From NCBI GenBank assembly GCA_021776925.1, contig JAJFFB010000100.1, forward strand, positions 35,894 through 99,893: a stretch of DNA of 64,000 bases, written 5' to 3'. A program made the translations under genes and the position numbers. Below are positions 47,837-55,010 of the stretch, piece after piece. How positions within the stretch are numbered: the first letter of the stretch is position 1; each line of letters starts with the position of its first letter. The stretch is from Planctomycetota bacterium (lineage in GTDB: Bacteria > Planctomycetota > UBA1135). Under the pieces are notes generated by a model. That model searched no databases, was not told the DNA's origin, and saw only the letters and a program-made list of their open reading frames with translations.

Positions 47837-48445
47837 ATGCGATTTCACCTGTTTCCGCCCTTTCTGACCCTGCTCTTCCTGACCCTGCCCCTGCCCGGCT
47901 GTGGCAGCGACGACCCCGAGGCGGTCCGCTATGCCGATGCCCTGGACGCCCTGGACCTGGGCCATGCAGCCTACGCCCAGGGTGATCTGCAGGCAGCTCG
48001 CCTGGCCTTTCAGTACGCAGCCGACCACGGCCGTCTGCCGGCCGTGCGCGCCACCGGGACCGAGTTCCTGATGCGCTCCTGTGCAGTATCGCGGGACACC
48101 CTTGGCGCGCTCACAGCCTTGGAGCGGCTAAAAGCGGATTTCCCCGAGACCCTGGACGCCGCCAAGCTCAATGACATGGCTCAATTCATGTGGGAAGTGG
48201 TCCAAAGCCCGGGGTTGAGCGAGGCCGTCATCGATTACGCCGAGGACCTTGGCGTGGTCGGCTTCTCGGTCCTCAAACACCGGCGGAAAGTCGCTGGATT
48301 GCGCCAGGCGGACGACCCGAAACTGGGTTTCTTGGGCTATCTGGACCCAGACGCTTTGAAAGAAGCCCCTATTCCCTCTCCTCTCTCACCCGAAACCACC
48401 TCCGAGCCAGGAAAGTCCGCGGACGAGGATCCACTCCCCTGGTAG
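47837..48445 (+). CDS. small helical lipoprotein, paralogue 1
   Basis: ATG at 47837 gives MRFHLFPPFLTLLFLTLPLPGCGSDDPE (lipobox). Collinear with 48482..49000. Contains KLGFLGYLD. Confidence 0.65.
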   Translation: MRFHLFPPFLTLLFLTLPLPGCGSDDPEAVRYADALDALDLGHAAYAQGDLQAARLAFQYAADHGRLPAVRATGTEFLMRSCAVSRDTLGALTALERLKADFPETLDAAKLNDMAQFMWEVVQSPGLSEAVIDYAEDLGVVGFSVLKHRRKVAGLRQADDPKLGFLGYLDPDALKEAPIPSPLSPETTSEPGKSADEDPLPW

Positions 48446-48481
48446 AATTCGGCGCTTCGGCGCGTTCCACAAGCACTCATC

Positions 48482-49000
48482 ATGCGCATCCACCTGTTCC
48501 TGCTCCTCTTCGCCCTGCCGGTCCTGTCCCTGCCCGCCTGCGGCAACGGAGAGTCCGACGACCCCGCACCGGTCACCTTCGCCGACGACATGGAAGCCCT
48601 CGAGAAGGGCGACGCCGCGGTCGCGCGCAAAGACTTTGGGGTGGCCCGCCAGGCCTATAGCTTCGCCGCCCTCGAGGGCAGCAGCGACGCGGTCAAGGCC
48701 AGCGCCACCGAGAAATTGGTGCGCGCCTGTGCCCAGGGCAACGACACCATCGCCGCCCTCGGCTCATTGGAAACGCTGAAGAGCGATCACCCCGCCACTC
48801 TTGACACCGCCAAGCTCACCGAGCTCGCCGAGTTCATGGTCACCGTGGCCAAGAATCCCGATCTGTGCGAGTTTCTGATCGACACCGCCAAGGAGCTGGG
48901 CGCCACCGATTTCCGCGAGGAGCACTTCCGCAATACGGTCACCGCCATGCGCAGCGGCGACACAGAGGCCATGGCGGCCCTCGGCTACGTCGGCGATTGA
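48482..49000 (+). CDS. small helical lipoprotein, paralogue 2
   Basis: MRIHLFLLLFALPVLSLPACGNGESDDP (lipobox). Shares ...LE.LK.D.P.TLD.AKL...A.FM... with the preceding gene. Ends ...AMAALGYVGD. Confidence 0.65.
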   Translation: MRIHLFLLLFALPVLSLPACGNGESDDPAPVTFADDMEALEKGDAAVARKDFGVARQAYSFAALEGSSDAVKASATEKLVRACAQGNDTIAALGSLETLKSDHPATLDTAKLTELAEFMVTVAKNPDLCEFLIDTAKELGATDFREEHFRNTVTAMRSGDTEAMAALGYVGD

Positions 49001-49040
49001 ATCAGAACTGGCCGGCCGTGCCGCGCGATTGAATCAGAAC
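48993..49040. repeat. 16-nt perfect direct repeat (gcgattgaatcagaac) at 48993-49008 and 49025-49040
   Basis: Read directly. The first copy contains the stop codon of 48482..49000. Confidence 0.85.
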
Positions 49041-49070
49041 CGGCTGGCGGTGGCGAGCTAGGATGGAGGA

Positions 49071-50132
49071 ATGGCCGCTACGCCCCGGTCCGCGCGCGGT
49101 TACGCCGCGTTGGTGATGGTCCTGGCCGGCTTGGTGCTGGCCGGCCTCGCCTCCTGGGTGCTGTTCAGCCCGGAAGAGGCGTTGCCGCCCTACGCGGGCA
49201 GCGACGGCACCGGGACCGCCGCCGCCCCCTCCACGCCCTTCGTGCCGGTGGAGGCAGAGTCAGGCGGGGTACCCGTGCGTCCGCAAGCCACCCAGACGCA
49301 CTCACCCTACGTCAAGGCCTCGGTCACGGTCCTGCTGTCGGTCCCCAAGTGGATGGGATTCCCTGCCACTACGCGCCTGGAACTGCAGCCCCGCGCCGAC
49401 AACCAGGCCGCGCCGCTGATCCTGTGGGCGACCCCTGAAAAGCGCAGCGTGCGTTTCGACGACGTGCCTTTCGGCCCCTGGACCCTGCGTGCCGAACCCC
49501 TCGACTGCCAGGTGGTCGAAATCCCCTTCAGCCTGTCCGAGGCCAATCCGGCGCCGCGGCAGGTGGTGCCGGTGCAGGCCGCGCGACGCATCCACGGGCG
49601 CGTGCGTGATAGCGCCGGCGAAGCCGTGGCGGGAATCACCGTCAGCGCCTCGCCGGTGATCGCGGTGGCCGGCTTCACCGTCAGCCGCGCCAGTGGCACC
49701 ACCGACGCTGAAGGCATGTTCGAAATCCCAGGCCTGCCCGAGGGTGAGTTCCGCGTGCACGCGGGAACCCATCAGAACCCGGTCGGCGAAGCGGTCCACT
49801 GCGTGGTCGTCGGTCCTGAGGGATGGGCCGATCTGATCGTCCCGCGCATGTCCTCGGCCCAGGTGACCCTGCTCGACGCCACCAGTGAGAAACCGCTGGC
49901 CGCGCTGCGCGTGCAGGCCTTGCGCGCCTCGGGCGCCGACGAGCCAGGCTTCAGCAGCGTGGTCGACAGCGATGAACTCGGGGTGGCGCAATTCCTCCAC
50001 CTGCCGCCCGGCGAGTATCACTTCACCGCCTGGGGTCGCGGCTACAAACGACTCGCCCGGCGCTGGATGGTCGGAGCCGACCGGCCCGCCACCCTCGAGC
50101 TCAAACTCTCGCCGCTGAGCCGCGGCCAGTGA
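49071..50132 (+). CDS. membrane-anchored protein with carboxypeptidase-regulatory-like (CarboxypepD_reg) domains
   Basis: N-terminal TM helix YAALVMVLAGLVLAGLASWVLF. HGRVRDSAGEAVAGITVSA...TTDAEGMFEIPGLPEGEFRVHA is the typical CarboxypepD_reg pattern. Confidence 0.65.
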   Translation: MAATPRSARGYAALVMVLAGLVLAGLASWVLFSPEEALPPYAGSDGTGTAAAPSTPFVPVEAESGGVPVRPQATQTHSPYVKASVTVLLSVPKWMGFPATTRLELQPRADNQAAPLILWATPEKRSVRFDDVPFGPWTLRAEPLDCQVVEIPFSLSEANPAPRQVVPVQAARRIHGRVRDSAGEAVAGITVSASPVIAVAGFTVSRASGTTDAEGMFEIPGLPEGEFRVHAGTHQNPVGEAVHCVVVGPEGWADLIVPRMSSAQVTLLDATSEKPLAALRVQALRASGADEPGFSSVVDSDELGVAQFLHLPPGEYHFTAWGRGYKRLARRWMVGADRPATLELKLSPLSRGQ

Positions 50133-51505
50133 AGCCGCAAACGCTGCGGCTGGAGGCGGCGGAGAGCCCATGGCGCGAGGCGTGGCGGCTGTCTCTGCCG
50201 GCCACGCTGTCCTTGCTGCTGCACGCGGGCTACCGAGTCAATGACCAGTACTGGATCGGGCCGCTCGGCCCCGCCGCACAGGCCGCCCTCGGCGTTACCT
50301 CTTTCCTGCTGATCCTGAATTTCGCCTTCATCGCGCTGGTGCAGTCGGGGACGCTGGCGCGCATTGCCCTGCACACCGGAGCGCGCGATGCCGAGGCGCG
50401 CCAGCGCTGCTTCCAGACCTCGCTGCGCTTGTCCTTCGCCTGCACCGTCGTCGTGGCGCTGGTCGGCTGGGCCACCACCCCCTTCTGGGTGCGCCTGCTC
50501 GGCGCCGAGGGCGAAGTGGCCGAACTCGCCCAGGCCTATCTCAAGCCGATCTACCTGACCCTGCCGTTGATCGCGGTCAAACCGTGGACAGATGGCGTCT
50601 TTCTTGGCATTGGCAACACCATGGTGCCGATGCTGCTGGCCGGCCTGGCGGTCGGACTCAACTTCGTCCTCAATCCGCTGCTGATTTTTGGCTGGGGCCC
50701 CGCACCCGAGATGGGCATCGCCGGCGCGGCGTGGGCGACCGGCATCTCGCGCGGCATCGCCGGCGGTCTCGGTTTGTGGATCCTGAACCGCGGTGCCGGC
50801 CTGCGCTGGCGTGGCTTGCCCTTCGATCGCCACGAGATGGCGCGCATCCTGCGCATCGGCACCCCGGTGGCCCTGACCCACGCCGCCTATGCGCTGGTCT
50901 TCGTCGGGGTGCTCAAGACCAGCGTGGCGCGCTTCGGGGAATCGGTGCAGGCCGGTCTCGGAGTGGCCTTCAATGGCATCGAATCGATCAGTTACTGCGG
51001 CTTGATGGGCCCGGCGATCGCCTGCTCTTCGATCGTCGGCCGGCGGCTGGGCGCACAAGACCACGCCGGCGCGCGCACCGCGGTCGGAGCCTGTCTGACC
51101 CTGTCGTTGTCGATCGCCTTGCTCGCCAGCTTGCTCTTCGGCTTGCTGCCGGAGCGACTGGTTTCCTTCTACAGCGATGACCCGACCGTGCTGCGCGAAG
51201 CGGCGCTGTATCTGGCGGTGGTCGCCTGGAGCCAGACCGCGACCTCGGCCGACTCGGTACTGCAGCAAGCCCTCGCCGGTGCCGGCCGCACCACGGTGAT
51301 GTCGTTGACCACCACCCTCGGCTTGAGCTTGCGCATACCACTGGCCTTCTTTCTCGCCCACTCCATGGCCTGGGGGCCGCATGGCATCTGGTGGGCGTTC
51401 AACCTGACCAACTGGCTCAAACTGGTCGCTATAGTCCTGGTCTTCCGCGCAGCCCGCATCACCACCCCCCCCACTCCACCCTCATGGCGGCCGTCCAACC
51501 CCTGA
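50129..51505 (+). CDS. MATE family efflux transporter
   Basis: GTG start overlapping the upstream stop (GTGA). About 12 predicted TM segments and a MATE-like N-terminal box (LSLPATLSLLLHAGYRVNDQYWIGPLG). Confidence 0.85.
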   Translation: MKPQTLRLEAAESPWREAWRLSLPATLSLLLHAGYRVNDQYWIGPLGPAAQAALGVTSFLLILNFAFIALVQSGTLARIALHTGARDAEARQRCFQTSLRLSFACTVVVALVGWATTPFWVRLLGAEGEVAELAQAYLKPIYLTLPLIAVKPWTDGVFLGIGNTMVPMLLAGLAVGLNFVLNPLLIFGWGPAPEMGIAGAAWATGISRGIAGGLGLWILNRGAGLRWRGLPFDRHEMARILRIGTPVALTHAAYALVFVGVLKTSVARFGESVQAGLGVAFNGIESISYCGLMGPAIACSSIVGRRLGAQDHAGARTAVGACLTLSLSIALLASLLFGLLPERLVSFYSDDPTVLREAALYLAVVAWSQTATSADSVLQQALAGAGRTTVMSLTTTLGLSLRIPLAFFLAHSMAWGPHGIWWAFNLTNWLKLVAIVLVFRAARITTPPTPPSWRPSNP

Positions 51506-51981
51506 TCGATCCCCAGGACTATCCACCGGACCAGGCGGTACTCGATACCGACAAGATCCGGCACTACCTTCCTCACCGTTACGAGTTCGCCCAGCTCACC
51601 TCCTTCCTCGGCTTCGATCACGATCGCATGCTGGGCGTGGGTTTTCGCAAGGCCGGCGAAGACGGCGAATTCTGGGCGCGCGGCCACATCCCTGGGCGGC
51701 CGATCTTTCCCGGAGTTCTATTGGTCGAAGCGATGGCCCACTCCGGCATGATCTACACCCATGCCTATCACGGCATGTACGAACATCATCCGTGGATCGG
51801 TTTCGCCGCGATCGACAAGGCGCGGTTCATGGACGTGGTCGAACCCGGCGAGGATCTGTGGCTGCCCGGCATTCTGACCAGAGTTGACGTGCGCCGCGGC
51901 TTCAACCGTTGGGAAGGGCAGGCGGTACGCGCCAACGGCCAGGTGGTGGCCACCGCCACGGTCACCGGCCTGGCCTTCTGA
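51484..51981 (+). CDS. FabA/FabZ-like hot-dog fold dehydratase
   Basis: ATG at 51484 overlaps the MATE gene by 22 nt. IRHYLPHRYEF and HIPGRPIFPGVLLVEAMAHSG match the FabZ active-site region (H..P..PGVL..EA.AQ). Confidence 0.75.
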   Translation: MAAVQPLIDPQDYPPDQAVLDTDKIRHYLPHRYEFAQLTSFLGFDHDRMLGVGFRKAGEDGEFWARGHIPGRPIFPGVLLVEAMAHSGMIYTHAYHGMYEHHPWIGFAAIDKARFMDVVEPGEDLWLPGILTRVDVRRGFNRWEGQAVRANGQVVATATVTGLAF

Positions 51982-52010
51982 CCCACCCCGCGCCGGAGCC
52001 TCGCGGAGGG

Positions 52011-52841
52011 TCAGGTTTCGACCGCAACGGCGCTTTCCTCTTCCGGAGGCAGGATCGCCATCACGTCCAGTTCCAGGCACTCGCAGGGGCTGCCGAGGAG
52101 TTGCGCGATCGAAGGACGGGTGCGCCCCTCATCGCCGGAGATGACTTCCTTGATATAGGTGCCGTGCTGGCTGCGGATGGTCACGCGCCAGCCGGGCGCT
52201 TCGGGAGTCGCCTGCAAAACCTCGATCCAGCGTTCGCGGTCGAGACGCGCGCGGCGATGCTCCACCCGGCTCGGGGTCGACTGCACCACGTCGATTCGCC
52301 CGGCCTGCACCCACCCTTGCAGCAGTTCGGCGGCACGCTCCTGGCCGGGACCATCCTCGGCGCCAAAACCGATCAGCGCGCGATACTCCTTGGGGCAGCG
52401 CGTTTCCTTGATCTCGACCACGCGGCGGCGGTTGGAATAGTGCAGGTCGAGAATCTCCAGCCGCCCCGGGTTGCGCCGGTTGACCTCGGCGGCGAACTCG
52501 TCGAGATCGACCACCGGCCGTTTGGCCTTGATCAGTTCCAGCACGAAGGGGCGGCCGTCGCCGAGCATGCGCACGTTCATGTCCTCGCGCCCGGCGCCGT
52601 GGAACTTGTTGCGCCGCGCCTTGAAACGCGGTAACGCCACCCAGGCGATCAGTTCCTGCACCGAATCACGGGTCAGCTTGCCGAAGCCCTCGCAGTGCTC
52701 ACAGCCGCGCCCCTTGCACTGCGGACAGTAAAAATAGGTTTGCGGCAGGTCGCGGCTCAGCTTGCGGTAGCGGCCTTCGATGTACACCTTGACCGCCGGC
52801 TGGGACGGCGGGATCTGGGCGGGTCGGGGGGAGTCGGGCAA
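52011..52841 (-). CDS. Pus10-like tRNA pseudouridine synthase catalytic domain (no THUMP domain)
   Basis: YIEGRYRKLSRDLPQTYFYCPQCKGRGCEHCEGFG (zinc ribbon), HGAGREDMNVRMLGDGRPFVLEL (catalytic Asp motif) and GTYIKEVISGDEGRTRPSI all match my recollection of conserved Pus10 blocks. TTG start at 52841, uncertain. Confidence 0.6.
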   Translation of the reverse strand: MPDSPRPAQIPPSQPAVKVYIEGRYRKLSRDLPQTYFYCPQCKGRGCEHCEGFGKLTRDSVQELIAWVALPRFKARRNKFHGAGREDMNVRMLGDGRPFVLELIKAKRPVVDLDEFAAEVNRRNPGRLEILDLHYSNRRRVVEIKETRCPKEYRALIGFGAEDGPGQERAAELLQGWVQAGRIDVVQSTPSRVEHRRARLDRERWIEVLQATPEAPGWRVTIRSQHGTYIKEVISGDEGRTRPSIAQLLGSPCECLELDVMAILPPEEESAVAVET

Positions 52842-52856
52842 CAGTAGAATGCGGCG

Positions 52857-53840
52857 GTGTGGCCGGAAATCTTCAGGTTGGAACTGGGCGGATTCTCGTT
52901 GCCCTTGCGGAGCTTCGGCTTCTTTGTGGCACTCGGTTTCCTGATCGGCGTGCAGGTCGCCGGACGGCTGTCACGGCGTTATGGCACCGACCCCGAAAAT
53001 GAGCTGCAGAAGGTACCGGAGGTCAGTTGGAGCGTTCTTCTGGGAGTGATCCTGGGCGCACGGCTGGCGTACGTACTGGTCAACATCGGCCATTTCTCCG
53101 CCCACCCGGTCGAGATCCTGAAGATCTGGGAAGGCGGCCTGGTGATGTACGGCGGGCTCATTTTAGCCCTGTTCATGGGCATCCGGAAGGCGCGCAAGCT
53201 GGGCATGAATGTGTGGCGCACCGCCGACTATTTCCTCGTCGCCGGCTTCCTCGGCCAGGCCATCGGGCGCCTCGGCTGCCTGTCGGTGGGTGACGACTAC
53301 GGCCGTCCGCTTGAGCGGGCCGCCGACGGCAGCGCGCCGTGGTTTGCGATTACCTTCCCGGATCCACTCCCCTTCGGCTCTGCCTTCCCGCCCGAGCTGG
53401 CTGGTATCCCGGTCCATCCGACCCAGCTGTACATGGCGGCCAAGGCGCTGCTGCTATTCGTCTTCGGCCTGTGGCTGCTGCGGCGCAAGCGCTTCGACGG
53501 CCAGGTCATGGCGCTGCTGATGATGGGCTACGCCGGCCTGCGCTTCCTCATCGAGTACTTCCGCTACGACGCCGAAGCGCGCGGCGGTATCTTCCGCGCC
53601 GGCGCCAGCCCGGCCGACACCCACGTGCGCCTGCACGAGCTCGGCGTCGCCACCGCCGACGGCCGCATCACCGACTTTGCCGCCTACCGGCGGCTGATCG
53701 CCGAAGGCGCCGAGGGCATCCATCCGCAGCTGCTCTTGTCGACCTCGCAGATGGCGGCGATCGCCACCTTCGTGGTGGCGCTGTTAATTTACCGGCGTCT
53801 GCGCGGTCAGCAGAGCCCGCCCCTACCCACGGACGGCTAG
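52857..53840 (+). CDS. lgt: prolipoprotein diacylglyceryl transferase
   Basis: GTG start. Polytopic membrane protein with GGLVMYGGLI, GQAIGRLGC and HPTQLY motifs. Confidence 0.9.
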   Translation: MWPEIFRLELGGFSLPLRSFGFFVALGFLIGVQVAGRLSRRYGTDPENELQKVPEVSWSVLLGVILGARLAYVLVNIGHFSAHPVEILKIWEGGLVMYGGLILALFMGIRKARKLGMNVWRTADYFLVAGFLGQAIGRLGCLSVGDDYGRPLERAADGSAPWFAITFPDPLPFGSAFPPELAGIPVHPTQLYMAAKALLLFVFGLWLLRRKRFDGQVMALLMMGYAGLRFLIEYFRYDAEARGGIFRAGASPADTHVRLHELGVATADGRITDFAAYRRLIAEGAEGIHPQLLLSTSQMAAIATFVVALLIYRRLRGQQSPPLPTDG

Positions 53841-54797
53841 ATGGTCTTCCTCGCCGGCGTCGATGAAGCGGGTTACGGCCCCTTCGTCGGGCCCTTCACG
53901 GTCGGCTTCAGTCTCTTCCGCGTGCCGGAATTCGACACCGATCTGTGGCCGTTGCTGAACGGTCCGGTGGTGCGCAAGGCCGCGCGCGGGGATCCGCGCG
54001 TGCGCGTCGACGACTCCAAACGGGTGCATCAGGGGCGGCTCGGCCGCGGCCGCCTTGAGCGCAGCGTCGCCGCCTTCCGCGAGGTGCTGCACCCTGGCGA
54101 AGACGACGTGCACGCGTGGCTCGAAGCGGCGCCGGCCGGACCGGGTAGCTGGGTGGCGCGCTCTCCGTGGTTGAGCCAGCTCAGCGGCCGGCTGTGCCCC
54201 TCGGTCAGCCGCGAACGCACGCGCCTCGACGCCGCAGCAATCGGCCGCGCGCTACGCATCGGCGGCTGCACCCTCGACGCCTTCGGCAGTCGCGCGGTTC
54301 CGGCCGGCGAATGGAACGACTGGATCGAACGCACCCGCAACAAGGGCGAAACCCTCTTCCATCTGACCATGGAAGTCGTGCGTCATCTGCTCGAGCGCAC
54401 CGGCGATGCGCCGTTGCGCATCGAGCTCGACCGCCACGGCGGCCGCCGTTCCTATGGCAGCCGTTTGCAGAAAGCGCTGCAACCGCAACGCCTGATCCGC
54501 CACGGCGAAACCGGCGGCGGTTCGACCTACACCCTGGTGTTCGCCGATCGCGAGGTGCAACTGCGCTTTTCAGAGGGCGCCGATCAGAAATTCTTCTGCG
54601 TGTCCCTCGCTTCCCTGGCCGCCAAACAGACACGTGAGCGCTGCATGGATGCCTTCAACCAATGGTGGCTGGAGCGCCTTCCCCAGGTCGCTGCCACCAA
54701 GGGTTATGGCGTCGACGGCAAGCGCTGGCTGGCGGAAACCGCCGAACTCGCCGCCGCCTTCGGCGTCGACGAGGCAGTTCTGCGCAGAACTCGTTGA
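53841..54797 (+). CDS. rnhB: ribonuclease HII-family protein with extended C-terminal region
   Basis: GVDEAGYGPFVGPF (DEAG motif), VDDSKRV and SLASLAAKQTRERCM. At 318 aa it is about 100 aa longer than typical RNase HII. Confidence 0.65.
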   Translation: MVFLAGVDEAGYGPFVGPFTVGFSLFRVPEFDTDLWPLLNGPVVRKAARGDPRVRVDDSKRVHQGRLGRGRLERSVAAFREVLHPGEDDVHAWLEAAPAGPGSWVARSPWLSQLSGRLCPSVSRERTRLDAAAIGRALRIGGCTLDAFGSRAVPAGEWNDWIERTRNKGETLFHLTMEVVRHLLERTGDAPLRIELDRHGGRRSYGSRLQKALQPQRLIRHGETGGGSTYTLVFADREVQLRFSEGADQKFFCVSLASLAAKQTRERCMDAFNQWWLERLPQVAATKGYGVDGKRWLAETAELAAAFGVDEAVLRRTR

Positions 54798-54859
54798 GTT
54801 GCGCGATCCTGCTGGCCGAAGATAGAGTGCCCCCGTCCGGTGCCGCCGGGCCACCCCAG

Positions 54860-54931
54860 ATGCGCTCCTCCTTCCACTTCTACGCCTACGCGGGCCGCTT
54901 TTACGGCTACCGCGGGCGGGTGGTTGGCTAG
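54860..54931 (+). CDS. candidate aromatic-rich leader peptide (23 aa: [23 protein letters not shown])
   Basis: ATG at 54860, TAG at 54929-54931. It has 3 Phe and 4 Tyr codons. It lies 22 nt upstream of a terminator hairpin and 80 nt upstream of the CM-PDT-DAHPS gene. Confidence 0.55.
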   Translation: MRSSFHFYAYAGRFYGYRGRVVG

Positions 54932-54953
54932 GCAGCGCGATTTGCCGAATCCA

Positions 54954-54980
54954 CCACCCGCCGACTGCGGGTGGTTTTTT
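54954..54980 (+). terminator. intrinsic terminator / attenuator hairpin upstream of the pheA-aroF fusion
   Basis: 8-bp GC-rich stem CCACCCGC (54954-54961) / GCGGGTGG (54967-54974), 5-nt loop, then TTTTTT at 54975-54980. An exact second copy of GCGGGTGG at 54916-54923 could pair with the 5' arm instead. Confidence 0.65.
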
Positions 54981-55010
54981 CATTCCATCCGCTCCGCACC
55001 CAGCAGAGGA

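Noticed and set aside
54662-54931. 89-aa ORF spanning the rnhB 3' end and the leader region
   Set aside because: Most of it overlaps the rnhB coding region in another frame. Only the final 23 codons from ATG 54860 form a plausible leader peptide unit.
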